Shown piece after piece: positions 49,152 to 63,189 of a stretch of DNA of 64,000 nucleotides. The number at the start of each line of letters is the position of its first letter. The first letter of the stretch is position 1. The notes under the pieces are model-generated. The model searched no databases and was not told the origin of the DNA. It worked only from the letters and a program-made list of their open reading frames with translations. This stretch comes from Malacoraja senta. Lineage: Eukaryota. The position numbers were made by a program, and so were the translations under genes. The stretch spans positions 20,212,001-20,276,000 of the forward strand of contig CM075989.1 of the NCBI GenBank assembly GCA_038087875.1, in the 5' to 3' direction.

Positions 49152-50183
49152 ATGATAATTTAAGTAGTCATGTTTGCTGACATTAATTTTGTTTCGGATT
49201 CCCATCATCTGCAGCAATTTAGTTTTATACAGCTAATATTGCCATCTTTATATTTCAGATTTTCTTTAATTGAACTGAAACTCCTGTGATCTGGATTAAA
49301 ATTTGTAAAACTAGTCTAGAAGAATGACAACTAAGCAAATGTAGGTTGCAATGAATTAAAATTGTATGTATACAAGTAAAATATATGTTACATTTACATT
49401 TCAATCCATCTGAAGAAGAGCCCTAACCCAAAACATCTCCTATCCATGTTCTCCAGGGATGCTGCCTTACCCACAAAATTACTCCAGCAATTTATGTCTC
49501 TATTTTTTGGAAACCAGCATCTGCATTTCCTTTTTTCTACTGTTTATACATTTCAATTAATATTTTAAATATATTGCGCAATCTTTAAAAACACAGATAA
49601 ATGACCAGCAACGAGGTTTATCTGGAAAGTTTTAAGAAAACTTCCTATTATGTGTAAAAAGGTCTGGCTGGCCAATATTAAGATGAATGAAATGAAATAC
49701 TGAGACTGCTCTAGTTCAATATTAAAAAAAACATGTCTCTGGGGCTTTCAATCTGCCAAGACGTTCTCCCCAATGACAATGACCACTGAATACAGAGATG
49801 AACTGTTCCCTCGTGCAGTAGATAATAATCAAAACAACAAGGCCACCCACTGTTTTGCTGGATTCGTTCACACTGTAATTGCGTTATCCTACAATTTTCC
49901 TCATGACTGTGAGTACGCACACACAGAGCAAAATCTAAATGTAACCAATGAAGCATGTGGACAATTTAAAGAGGGCAATTGAAGAGATATCCATTTGGAA
50001 GCTAGTGGCAAATATTTCATAATTATTATTTTTATACAATTCTTTCCAGTGCGGTAATTGAAATAAAAACTAAAAGTGATATAATTTTGTATTAGAAAGC
50101 ATTAAAGTCAGCACCAGCACAGAAATCAAGAGTCAAGAGTATTTTATTATCACATGCTCAAAAATGGAACAATGTAACTCTAA

Positions 50184-50827
50184 AGGGCCTGTCCCACTTA
50201 CGTGTCCTTGGCTCACAAATTACATGACCTCGTGGTCGCGTTGAGCCGCGAAGGTCGGGCGCGATTACATGCGTACGCACAGCCGTCTGGAGCACGTGAC
50301 GTCATTTGAAGATGGACACAAAGCTGGAGTAACTCGGCGGGACCGGCGGCATCTCTGGAGAGAAGCAATGGGTGATGTTTCGTGTCAAGACTCTTCTTCA
50401 GTCCGAAACGTCACCCATTGCTTCTCTCCACTGAGTTACTCCTGCATTTTGTGTCTTTCTTCAATTTTCTTGGCCCCGCTCTGGGAGTAGGTGGGGACGG
50501 ATCTGGACCACAACGGCCGTGAGCCCCAGGCTGAGCTCGGCGATCATTTGCCTGCTTCTGCTGCTGTTCAAGGTGAGACGTTGCATCACGCCAGGGTCTT
50601 GGGCCTGTCCCACTTTGGCCGTCAGTTCCGCGACAGGCCATTGGCGCGCGAAGATTTCGTTCACTACAAAAATTTTGGAGCCCCGCGCGATGTCGCGCAC
50701 AACTACATACCCCTCCGCACTTCTCAGTGGGACCGGCCCCGCGCAGCCATACGATGCCCGTGCGCCTCAACGCGACCACGAAGTCGCGGAATTTGCGAGC
50801 CAAGGACACATAAGTGGGACAGGCCTT
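50184..50827. mobile_element. GC-rich PIF/Harbinger-type non-autonomous element with nested Penelope-derived piece
   Basis: TIRs AGGGCCTGTCCCACTTACGTGTCCTTGGCTC...GGTCGCGTTGAG / CTCAACGCGACC...GAGCCAAGGACACATAAGTGGGACAGGCCTT; TAA/TTA flanks; fold-back piece at about 50308-50460. Confidence 0.8.
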
Positions 50828-50914
50828 TTACTTGCTGCAGCACAACAGATTCGTAAACACAGTACTCAATAGGTCATTGAGGTCTGGAATGAGACCTCAA
50901 TTGAGAACTGGAAA

Positions 50915-51073
50915 CACGGGACGCCTGTATGGTCGTGAGTAGTCGCCCTTAGAGTCGTACCTTTTTCTGGTCGCTGCTGGATTTTCAACATGTTGAAAAT
51001 TTTTGGCGACCTGCTGCGACTATGACGGGTGCTGGCAGTCGCCGAAAAAAATCGTGTAAGTGGGACATTCCCT
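50915..51073. mobile_element. Partial Harbinger-type MITE
   Basis: CpG-rich, ends ...taagtgggacattccct-taa. Confidence 0.55.
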
Positions 51074-53427
51074 TAAGGCAAGAAGGCCAAACCAAACATT
51101 TCATTGACTTTGCTTCCAAATACTCGGAAATTATATCATTCATTTCAGCAGAAAGCAATTAACAGAGATCCCATGGAAGTTCTACCATGTCAACTTTCCA
51201 TCTATTCCTGTCCCCTTCCATCTACATGTAAATAATCCTCTCAAAAGTATAAAATGTTGATAAGAAAAAAAATCAATTGACATCTGTTGGTATTAATAAA
51301 CATTCTATTATACCCATGAGATCGATAGTGTTTATAATATTCAAATTAAAATTGCTGTTGCAAATAATATATTATTTATTTTAAAAATTCAAGTCTAACA
51401 CAATATAGTACGAGCTCTGTTATTGGTCTTACATGGAACAAAATAGCGTGCCGTATAAATATAAATCAGGAAAAGTACTTCTGGGTAAACCTAAAACCAG
51501 TTAGCTCCTATTATACGCGAGACTAATTAAAGTTACCATCTGCTTCAACTTTGCATGCTAAGTTCCAATTTCCTGTTATTTCACATATGTTGTACGGTAA
51601 TGGCACTTATTTTCATCAGGAGCTGGGACGTTTGTCAGACGTTATCTGGTTGTCATCATAGCCACCAGAATTAAGCAACGATGTTATCTATTCTAATAAC
51701 TTTTGCTCTCATGTCTCTACTATGCATGGCTCAGAGCGTTTAATACAGATTTGCCACAAATCTGGTTTCAACATGCTTCATTTCTCACTTGTGTTATGAA
51801 ATAAACAAACCTGACATAAAGACTGCTTCTCTGTGCAACAGAATTCCACGTATACAAGTTTGTCCAGAATGCTTAAAAAAATGAATAGATTGAAAATAAG
51901 GTAATGATTGGTCTATTCTCAAATCCATCCACGTTTAAAACATATATGCAGTACTGCTGAAAGCATTTGTCCAATTTTATTCATTATAATTTTTTATTTT
52001 TTTTAAACTGGCTTTCCAATGTTTTTCAACCAAGGGGCCTCTTACATAAAAGTGTTTCATAACCCAGGCACTACTAAATATTTCTCCCACTTCTCCTCCA
52101 GAAGCGTTCTCCTTTCTCCTCCTCCATTACTGCTTTTTCACTGTTTTTTTTATGTTCCCACCTGTGGAAACTACTCTCATTCCTCAATCATTTCCGCTAC
52201 GTAACGTGCACCATTTTTATCGGGCGGCATAGATTGTTTTCCCATATTATATTCCCAATGTATCATTGTCTTGCACTTGCGACTTCTATTTCAGCTGCAG
52301 CTGAAGAACTAAGTCTGTTAGTTTCACTGAGACTTTAACACTGCATAACACCTAAAATCATACATCACAGACGCCCCATCTAAGCTAGTCCTATTTGCCC
52401 GCATCCGGCCCATATCCTTCTAAATATCCCCCTATTTCCTCTCTGACCCTTCCAGTTTTCTTTCCCCCAACCCCTGCAATGTCTGAAGAAGGATCCCAAG
52501 CCGAAACATCACCTATCCATGTTCTTCAGGGATTCTGCCTGACCCGATGAGTTACTCCAGCATTTGCGTCTTACCTTGGTAAACCAGCATCATTATCTCA
52601 ACATTCCCACTAAATCTCTCCTATCCACGTACCTGTCCAAGTGCCTTTAAATGTTGTTATTGTACCTGTCTCAACCACCTCTTCAGGCACTTGTATGTTT
52701 TTCATGCAAGATCTCAATATCATAACAATTAATAAAACCTTTTTAAAGCAAAGTAATGTAAATGCTGGAATCCTGAATTAAAGGCAGAAACATCAGCCGC
52801 TTCCTTTCTCTACAACTACTAACTGGTCCTCTGCGGATTTCCAACATATTTCACTTCCATTACAACAAATCTGCAGAATGTAACCTGATGATGTTTGTAA
52901 AATGGGGACAGTGCTCATCAACTCTTTTACCTTTCCCCTTTGTCTATCTGAAAATCTGTGGGTCAAAGAATGATCATTCACTTGTTTCACCCTGAAGAGA
53001 AAGGACAAATCTTGAGTAATTTCATCAAATGAGCAGAAGAATCTGCTGTAACCCAATTGTAAGACAGCAATATCTGTTTGGGGTGTTTTAATTTTCTTCA
53101 TTACAATTTAGAGTGCATATAAATGTTAAACTGTTTAAAGAAAATTCATTCAGGACAGAACTATCACATACTTGACATCATTAGCACAGCTTTAAATTGA
53201 GAGGGGCAAAATTTAAAGGAGGCGTGTAGGGCAGGCTTTCTTACACATAGGGTGTGAGTGCCTTGAAGCCAGTACTGGTGGGTGGTGGTGGAGGAAGGTA
53301 CACTAGTGGCATGGAAGAGGCTTTTGGATAGGCACGTGGATATACAGAGAATGCATTATGTGCAGGCAGGTAAAAGTTGGTCTTGGAATCATGTTCGCTA
53401 TAAACCTTTTAATTTTTTTTATTTCAT

Positions 53428-53950
53428 GGTTTTAGAGATACCGTGCGGAAAAAGGCCCTTCGGCCCATTGAAAGATCTGCGCCGATCAGCGATCCCCGCA
53501 CATTAACTCTAACCTACACACATTAGAGACAATTTACATTTATACAAAGCCAACTAACCTACAAAGCTATACGTCTTTGGAGTGTGGGAGGAAACCGAAG
53601 GTCTTGGAGAAAACCCATGCAGGGAGAACGTACAAATTCCGTTACGAGAGCACCCGTAGTAGGGATCGAACCCGGGTCTCTGGCGCTGCAAGCACTGTAA
53701 AGGGCCTGTCCCACTTTCGCGACCTAATTCACGACATTTTTTACTCGTGGACATCCTTCATCGTGTTGAAAAAACGCCCCGACCTACTTGTTGCCACGAG
53801 TACCTACGACTAGCATCACGACCTACATACGACCTCGCAACAACCATGCTGCGAGTGTGAGTCAAGGGCAAACTCGGCAGAGGTCATGAATTAGGTCGTG
53901 AAAGTGGGACAGGCCCTTAAGGCAGCAACTCTACCAATGTGCCACCCAGC
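53428..53950 (-). mobile_element. V-SINE interrupted by a MITE
   Basis: SINE sequence ...gcactgtaa | ggcagcaactctacc is split by the insertion. Confidence 0.85.
53701..53917. mobile_element. PIF/Harbinger MITE (217 bp) with exact TAA TSD
   Basis: TAA-AGGGCCTGTCCCACTTTCGCGACCTAATTCACGAC ... GTCATGAATTAGGTCGTGAAAGTGGGACAGGCCCT-TAA. Confidence 0.9.
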
Positions 53951-55092
53951 CGCCTCACATGGGCTCATTGGCCATCAGGCCTGTTTCTGCACTGTGCTCT
54001 TCGAAGATCATCGTTGATTATCTGCAGCAGTGGACTGTCATCCTAGTATACATGGTCATCCCTTTCACAGTTTAAAATTAATATAATCTTCATTAAGGCT
54101 GTATAGGTGGTAATACCTACTCTTGTTTTAGTCCATGCCGAGGCTTAAAATAAATGACTCCAATGTCTGGATCTAAGATGCAGGAAGAAGGAGCAAGCCT
54201 CCAGGGTTCAGGTATTATGGAAAGACGAGAGAGGGATTACGAGATATCACTAAGTAAAAAAATGGAGAGGAAGTAGATTTGGCAACAGAAGACAGGAAAT
54301 TACATCTGGAGTCAATTTTGGAAGATAAAGGTGGTGGTCAATATTTTTATGTGAATTAATAATTGTTTTGCATATTTCTATTATTTTAAGGACAAGAACT
54401 GGCACAACAACACAATATCACAAAAGGTTCTTGCAAAACAGATTTTGTTTTTGCTATTAAGCCAACTCAAAAATGACATTACCTGGATGACTGGGGGAAC
54501 TGATTTATTTGGGGTCTGAAATCTGTTTTCTTTAAATGTCTGATTCTGTTATTGGACGCGAGAAGTGTTTGCTATAAATATACACTACCGCAGCCATAAA
54601 AATATACAAAACCTCCAGGACCCAAGCATTCAATAACACTTAAAATCTCTAAATACGATTAAATCTAATTAAATCCTACTGGATAGGATGAAATCTAATT
54701 AGCTCAATTATCTGAAAAAATGTCGTTACCCAAAAGTCCCTTTTCCTCTACTTTCTAATGTCAGAAATATTCAAACATTGAAACTCCTTGAAATAGTTTT
54801 AACAGTCTGTAGCTGGGGAATGGTGTAGATGGTGATGGGGTGGAGGAAGCATGTGGCGGCTTTTCTGGATATCAAAGCTTTTCTGTGAACAGGGCTGCCA
54901 CTTACAGCCAGAGCCCTAACCTCAAAGGACTCTGACTACACTCAATCATCACCAAATCTAGTTACTGCTTTCTGTGAGGTGCCCATAATATGCCACACCC
55001 AGTATATCAAAAGCCCAATGTACAGTGCTGCTCATCGGTCAACTCTCTCATAAACCGCGGATGGGGTGACGTGCGTTTTAGTTACACAGTAC

Positions 55093-55236
55093 CTTTGATA
55101 GGACCTTTCCATTTGCTATCACGGTGATGAGACCTGCGCAGCAAACCAGTGCACTAGAGCTAGAAAGTCCTGAGCTCGCTGGGATCGTGCCATCAACCAT
55201 ACAGTTTATTCCACTGGAAACAGGCTTAAAATGCTC
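55093..55236 (-). CDS. GALK2: GALK2 exon (144 nt) with the GHMP ATP-binding motif
   Basis: [48 protein letters not shown] (PxxxGLSSSA); ag/gt boundaries. Confidence 0.96.
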
Positions 55237-56869
55237 CTGATGAAACAAAAATCGTGTATTTTTGTATCTGTGCAGATAAAACATAAATCCTATTTCATGT
55301 CTGAAAGTTTTAGCATGTATTTATTCTAAAGTATTTAATCACAATGTAGTGCAATAATGAGACATTTAATATTAAAGACCTGGGGTCAGTATTTATTGAC
55401 GGCCGCACTCGTACAACGATCCACTAGGCCTGAATGTACCTTCCGTAAACTCCACCAGTGAGACATTATTTGCACAAGCTATCCTTTCCTTATAAATTAG
55501 GCCCTGTAAAGCTTTTGCACCACATTTCTAACACGTGACAGGAGCATTTAGTCTCTGACCTTTCTCAAGCTGCAGAAACTTTTATCAAGTGTGGGATCAA
55601 TGGCAAGCAAAGTGCTGTGAGCCTCAGCCTTTTTATTCGACATTATGTCCAAACCATTACTTCTGAGAAATACCCGCCCTCCCAATAATTCAGTTAATTA
55701 TAACTTATCAAATGCTGCTCTCCCTGTACATTTACAATCAAGTTTAATATTTAGATTGGCTCAGTGGTGCAACGATAGATCAGAAAAGGTCAAATTCCCC
55801 ATCCGAGTCGTCTTAATTCACATCAGTCAGTGAAATGCTAGAGGAGTGGCAATTGTGCATACTTTATGCATTAGAATTGGGAAAAACGTCAGATTGCAAG
55901 AGATGCATATCTTTGGGAACATTGGGCAAGGTCTACATTGGAATGAGCTGGATGCTAACAAAGTATGAACCACAGAGATGCAAGAAACTGTATATGTGGA
56001 AATTTGGAGCAAAACACAAAGTGCTTTGGAAACTCAGCTGGTCAAGCAACATTCGTGGAGGAAATTGATAAGCAACGTTTTGGGTCAGGTTCTGAAGAAG
56101 GGTCAGGGCAAGGGTCTTGATCTGAAATGGCGTCAATCCGTTTTCCCCACAGATGCTGCCTGATCCACAAAGTATGAACATCTGAAAGAAAATCTGGAAA
56201 ATGAAATTTAACACCAGGTGACAGAAGTAGCGAGTATGTAAGTGCAAGGAATACACTTTCCGAAAATATACCCCCTAATTTCTATCCACTGCAGACGGCA
56301 ATGGAGAGAGCAACAGAGAAAGCAAAGGGAGAGTCTAAACAGTTTGTTCAAAAGTGTCACAATAGATATCACGAGATTTAAAAAAAAATTTAATCATTGC
56401 TTTACGCTTGCCGAATAATTTTTAAAACGGTATTTAAACTGCATCTAGTAAGTACTGTTTTACAATTGCCAAGACCGCATGTGTTCAAAAATTGTGAAAG
56501 ATGGCAGCAATACGAGGTCAGCCTACATGAAATATAAAATGCAGAATAATTATATGAAATTATTAAGGGAATATGAAGCAAAGACTGAAATGGGGCTAGA
56601 TGGAAAATGAGATACTGTTCCTCATCTAGTCTCAATAATTTCAGGTTTTCATAATTCATGTTACCATTTTAAAGTATTTAACTAATAGTGATTTATTAAA
56701 TACTTCTCAGAAATTCAATGAAATCATATCTGCAGAACTCCTTTTGTCTGTAAGCTTGATAATGTTTGCAAATTCACTCATTTACCAAAGTATTATCTAT
56801 TCTGCACAAATCAGTGTTCACAGCCCTAAAATGGTCCATAACTAATTTTTCCAATCATTGGGCAAAATG

Positions 56870-57062
56870 ATTGATAATTATATATATGTTTGTGTGAGTG
56901 TGCATATATATATACACACACTGAACTTTTTTTTCTTTTTCTTCTATTTCTCGCTTTTCATATTGTTTACAGAGTACTATGTTTACATATTCTGTTGTGC
57001 TGCAGCAAGTAAGAATTTCATTGTTCTATCTGGGACATATGACAATAAAACAATCTTGACTC
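56870..57062 (+). mobile_element. LINE 3'-end fragment (Rex1/Babar-like)
   Basis: ctgttgtgctgcagcaagtaagaatttcattgttc...gacaataaaacaatcttgact. Confidence 0.55.
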
Positions 57063-58819
57063 AAACCAGCCTCCTGCCATTACACAGTTCTTCCTCATGG
57101 CTGTACTTATATGCTCCCCAAACATCTACCTTGAATACATTTCACAGTTCTCGCTTGGCCTTTTAACTCAATTTAATTGTGTTATTACCAAAGTGTGTCC
57201 CACGTGAGTGAAACGGCCAAATATTTTGTAGGTACAAGGTAACCCTGCTTAACCTTCATTACTAAAAATCAAATAACAATAGTTACTGCCAAAAATAAAT
57301 ATCCATTTGTGGAAAAATAGAAGTTACATGAAATGAGGTCAGGCCACTCAAAGCGCGATACACTTTTAACCTTCATAGCAGAGATTCCGTGACAGAGCTA
57401 TTTCCCCATAGCCGCTTTAAATTGGCTGGGTTGGGGAGGAAAATACAATTATGGGTAATATATTTTACTCCAGATTAAACTGGATATTTAAGTCTTAAGA
57501 TTTGTTTTTAGGGTCAGGACAGTTGCACAAATAATAATAATACGGAAATGTCTCTAGTGACCAAAAATGTTGCCTTTGCCAATATACATAAGCACAAAGA
57601 ATCCCTTGGATATAGCTATTTGTTGGCACAAATGGGCAAAAAGTAATAGAAATTCTTGAAATTTTCAGCAGAAAACAATCAAGGCTATTTTATAGAGCTG
57701 TACCCTGGTGACATGCAAGTATAAAGTTTGAAATTCTTTACAGAAAATATAAAAATCGGCTGAAAATAACATTTTGTTATAAAAATTAGTAATGTTCACA
57801 TGGCAGTTTGAGAGCAAATTACGAGTTGATATATATGGATGCCAGATATTTTGTCCTAGAGAACTCTAGCCAAATCTAGTATGAAAAAAAAGGTTTGAGC
57901 AATATGTCTAGGCAGCACTGATCCACAGGGTTCGGCCCTTGCATGGATGTAGCTTATAAAACTATCACGCAATGTTTCACAAAGTGCTTTGGTTTCAGCA
58001 AATAAAGTCTGCCAAGTATTGCTCTACTCATATCCCAGTGGAGTTAAAAATTCAAATTAATATAAACAGGCTATACCCTTGGAACCTTTTAACACTCCTA
58101 CTTTAGTCTGCAGTGTTTCAAACTACTTTAGGGACCTGCTTGGTTGGGCAAAAACCCGTGTTATGCAACCCCCCCACCATCCCAGCATTGTGTACTGATA
58201 TTCTGCATAATGTGGGCTCTCAAATGAGTTTGAGGTTTTAGTCTGCAATTTCTCCCATTAAAAATCTCTAATCCATGCTAACTGTTGCCAAATAAAAGGG
58301 AAACACTTACTCTGTGGATGGGAATAATTATGATGGAACTAAACCAGTGCAGGTTTCAGAACAATTCCTCAGATGTGGTTCAAGAATGTCATCAAGAGAC
58401 ATCCAGAACCAAGTCATGGTGAACATTAAAAACACCATTTGCTCGAGCACAAGGAAGAGTGAAGTCCCAACCAGCTGTTTCTCTCCCTATAATACAATCA
58501 CTGATCATTTGCATGGTTAAGAAACTGACTGCTGGCAATATCGGTACAGTGGCGCTTGTTCGAGCTTTCCCGTCCCGTATATTAATTGCTAACTCTTTTC
58601 AGGCATTTTCCCCAACAGGGATCAAACATTTATTTCCACCCAAAGCTGCAAAATTAAGATGCCAGAACAAATTTTAAGGAAACTTTAAATCAAACAAATT
58701 ACTAGTTTGCCATTGTTTTCAGAGCTTTGTAAGTATCCAAAAATTGCTAATGTGGCATCCAAATGTAATCCTGTTCCACATATGGTGAGAGCACACACAC
58801 CGCAAAGGAAGTCTTTCCT

Positions 58820-59000
58820 TGATCGGACTTTGCTGGCTTTACCTTGCACTGAACGTTATTCCCTTGGGTACTGTACTATAATACACTGTACATACACTGT
58901 GAATGGCTCGATTGTAATCATGTATTGTCTTACTGCCAACTGTGCATGCAACAAAAGCTTTTCTCTGTACCTCGGTACATGTGACTATGCAAACTAAACT
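58820..59000 (+). mobile_element. LINE 3'-end fragment (Rex1/Babar-like)
   Basis: actgtgaatggctcgattgtaatcatgtattg...ctgtacctcggtacatgtgac...aaactaaact. Confidence 0.6.
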
Positions 59001-60770
59001 AAGTCATGAACAGGAATGACTTTCACTATTCACTGGGATGCTAAACACACATCACCAGAGATCAACTATGTTTCGTGGAAAGCCTGTTGGTCTCTTTTCA
59101 AATGTATTTAACCATGTTTAAGTTAGACTCAATGACCGAAATTGGAGAAAGAAAAATATACATAGGTGCTGCCATTCATTAGTTAGTGCAGCATACAATT
59201 CTTTCTCTGTTTCATACCACCCAAATAGTCTTGCAATATCTTCACTTAAAGTGTCTTTCACTAAAAGTGTCTAATTAATGAACATCTTGATTTATCACTC
59301 ACCTTCCCATCTCTACCTCACTGAAGTGAATTATCCTTATCAAGTGCTGTGCTGAAACGCTCATTATATCAGTGCGGCCATTTTATCTTCCAATATATTT
59401 ACTGTATCTCATGCTCAATAGATAAATATTGTTCTGCCTGTAATAGACCGATCAAAATGTGGATTTGGAAAGAAAGCCAATGACTCTTTCCCCATCTTGC
59501 AGCACACTTGCAGGAATATTTCTGCAACAATGGGAAGACAGGTACCCATGTTGAGGTACTTCCTCAAAGGAATCCCAGGAATATATTTGCATTATAAACG
59601 CTACATGTTCGTAAAGATTTTTATAGTGTCACTTTTAAACAGTATTTCATTTGTATGTCTATGAATTCAATAACCACTTCTAGTTTAAGACGTGGATAAT
59701 ATCTGCTGAAATATTTAATCCACTAAAGAACAATTTGAAACAAATCAAATTAGTATTATCTTGGCATCTATCTGGCAAATTACCCATGTATGCATTACGC
59801 ACAAAAACAGATCATGTATAATGCAGTCATTTGCTACCCTATCAATCTCTTAATCATCAGTTAGCTTCTGGAAGTATTATAAATAGCAACAGCGAGTGAC
59901 ACTTTTTGCAATTACTGTCCCCTGATGTTCAGTTTGGATCTGTCAGAAACAAATTGCAAAATAAATCACAGCTTTTGTCCAAACATGGATAGAAGAAATG
60001 CAGGCCAAGGATGACAAGAGAGAAGTTCCCCTCAACATCAATGCAGCATTCAGCTAATTATGTAGAAAGAAGTCATATCAAAACACACATAATGTGATGA
60101 AAGGAAAATTCTCTAGAGACTCTGAAAAGAAAGCAACTATCATTGCCAGAGACTAGTTATCACGGCATAGAATACTGTCCTTTGTTGCAAGGTCACAAAG
60201 CATTGCCATTCCAATCAACCCTTGAGAGAGCTGGGGGACAAAGTGCAGCTGGAAATGTGGGCAAGATATACAGGGTGGCCAGAGTATGGCCAAGGATAAG
60301 ATCAGATATGCGGAAACCATAGGAAACCCAAGCAGGGTTCAGTTGGAAGCCAAGGGCCAGTGTATAGTTGGAGACATGACCAAGTGCCATAGAGGGAAGG
60401 AAGTGCTAAGGGCTGAAGGAGATGTATCTGTAGCATTATGGGAGATGGTCAATAAGCTGCAGGTTGTGAGGAGGAAATGAACTCTATGAATTGAGGAACA
60501 GGAAGCACAGAGGATGTGAGAGGTTTGTACTTCAGTCCAAACACATGGGTCTCTGAAAGATTGTGAGTGCATATGTATGAATGGCACAACGTGGGCAATG
60601 ATCTGCTTTGTCTGTATTAAAAGGATCCCACATTGAAGGATTTTTGTTAAAATAACCCCAGCTTTGGAAACTGTGAAAACCACCAGCCTAAGATCTCTCT
60701 ACGAAAGCTCCTGATCCAAATACAAACAGCTCCACCACTTTGTTCCCCTCTTTCATAAAGACCAACAGTT

Positions 60771-61089
60771 AGGGCGTTACGGTGACGCAGCGGTAGATTT
60801 GCTGCCTTACAGCGCCAGAGGCCTGGGTTCGGCCTGGGTTCAATCCCGACCACGGGTGCTGCCTGCAAGGAGTTTGTACGTTCTCCCCGTGGCCGTGTGG
60901 GTTTACTCTGAGATCTTCGGTTTCCTCCCACACTCCAAAGACGTACAGGTTTGTAGGTTAATTGGCTTGGTATAAGTGTAAATTGCCCCTAGTGTGTGTA
61001 GGCTTGTGTTAATGTGCAGGGAACGCTGATCGGTGCGGACATGGTGGGCCGAAGGGACTGTTTCCACGTTGTATCTCTAAACTAAACTT
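60771..61089 (+). mobile_element. Full-length V-SINE
   Basis: A-box ggtgacgcagcggtag, B-box gggttcaatccc, V-domain, ctctaaactaaact tail. Confidence 0.88.
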
Positions 61090-62849
61090 AGGCTGTTTTC
61101 TAAAACACTCAGTATTCAGTATCCATCACAATTTCTGGGAGTTGAGGCAATTAACTCCAATCTATACAAGGCCCTAAATTATATCTAATTTAGGCAGACT
61201 AAATTAGCAATTATTTTCACAAATGTGAAATTGTGACCACCAGGGAAAAGAAAACACCACATTCTCTTGTCTTAAATGTCAACATCACCCCTTGATGGAA
61301 AATGCTACAATAACTGATCAGAAATGTAATTAGAAAAGCCAATTAAAAAATGTCAACATTTTGGCTGGTCTAATTCATTACACTTTGTGATGTTCAAAAC
61401 CACTCTTCACCATCACCAGACCCATGTCAGTACTGTGATAAACACTCACTACTGGTTTTAATAGGAGCAACCACATAACATCCAGGCAGAGCAGTTTGCT
61501 GCTCTCAATCCAAGAAAAATGATACATCAATTTTTCTAAATGGAATTGCTTAATTCCAAAATAATGCCGAAAAATGATTCATTTCTCCACATTTATTGGA
61601 AATGCTGTTTATCCAAAACACAATTGTTGCAACATTAGACCCTAATCTTTTGATCACCATGAAAGCACTGAACCATCATCTTATCCAAGAATGAATCACT
61701 TAATTGGCCCTTGACAGGCTACTTCTGCTTCATGACATACGGTAATCCACATTTGTATTGCAATGGGCTCCCTGCATGGATTATCCACAGATGGTGCCAG
61801 CTATCTAGTACTTTTTGTAGATGTAGAAGTCTGGGCAGGAGGATATTCCTCACGTGACAAGCTAATCAGGCCGTGTCCCCTGCTGCAAATAAGCCTCGGG
61901 AGGCCTATCCTGAGGTTCCCTCTCTGAACTGTGTTGACAGCTTTTCTTAGATTGCTCCTAGTTAAAATTAATGAAATAAATTAACTAAATATGCAATCCC
62001 AACATAGCTCACAGTGAAACATTATTCATCATATTTCTCTCCCTGTGCTCGAAATCCTACCCTCTGCCATCGCCAAATACATCAACTTTCTTATATAAAT
62101 CACAATAATGCTTTAATTATAAGAAATACCCAACCATTTTTGTCGTTGAGCCCAGACTGCATAGATCGATATCCTATAACTTCACCACTCTTATTACCAC
62201 CACCAACCCAGATGGAAATCTGCAAACCTTTGGCACCCCATTGCAAGATTATTATTTATGTGTCATCTGACTTACCTATCATCTACCTTACCACTGTTAG
62301 TAAGCACAGTGTAACACGCAAAGCATCAGTGGAAAGTCAATGAATGTGGAGTATTTTGTTTTCTTAAAGGTGCCGCATTGAAGCTTGCACTGACACCATA
62401 ATGGAATGAATAGAAGCCTAACTGATAGAAAGTCCCAGAAAGATAAACGGACCATTTTCAGTTGGTAAAGTGTAACTGAGAAGAAATGTAGATGCTTTCC
62501 TATTATATTTCAGGAAACATCTCAAAGTAAAATGGATATTTTTTTTATGCTAGGGGATTTATCTTTGCTCCATAATTGTAATCAAATTAATGTAACAGGG
62601 TTTGTAATTTTTACTCAACGATTCAGAATCCAATTTAATGATTTAGAATGAAGACATCATGCATTATATTTAAGTTTGCTGACAATACAACAATACAATG
62701 ATAGATTATAAGACAATTTTGGAGAAGGGCACAGAACTTTTGTAAAAGGATATAAACTGGTTAAGTGTGTGAATAGGACTATGAAGGATGGAGTATAATG
62801 TGGAGAAAAGCAAAATGATTCATTTTAGGAGGAAGAATAGAAAAGTAGG

Positions 62850-63169
62850 GCAGTCACAGTGGCGCAGCAGTAGAGTTGCTGCCTTTCAGCGAATGCAGCG
62901 CCGGAGACCCGGGTTCGATCCCGACTACGGGTGCTGTCTGTACGGAGTTTGTACGTTCTCCCCGTGACCTGCATGGGTTTTCTCCGAGATCTTCGGTTTC
63001 CTCCCACACTCCAAAGACGTACAGGTTTGTAGGTTAATTGGCTTGGTAAATGAAAAAATTGTCTCTAGTGGGTGTAGGATAGTGTTAATGTGCGGGAATC
63101 GCTGGTCGGCGTGGACCCGGTGGGCCGAAAGGCCCGTTTCCGCACTGTATCTCTAAACTAAAACTAAAT
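62850..63169 (+). mobile_element. Full-length young V-SINE
   Basis: A-box gtggcgcagcagtag, B-box gggttcgatccc, CpGs retained, ctctaaactaaaactaaa tail. Confidence 0.9.
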
Positions 63170-63189
63170 ATGACGACTCAATTGAATGC

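Noticed and set aside
50269-50872. Cluster of overlapping 70-130 aa ORFs
   Set aside because: They lie in a GC-rich MITE with few stop codons and show no recognisable protein motif
62850-62935. tRNA-like sequence with A and B boxes
   Set aside because: It is the head of a V-SINE, continuous with the V-domain and LINE-derived tail; not a tRNA gene
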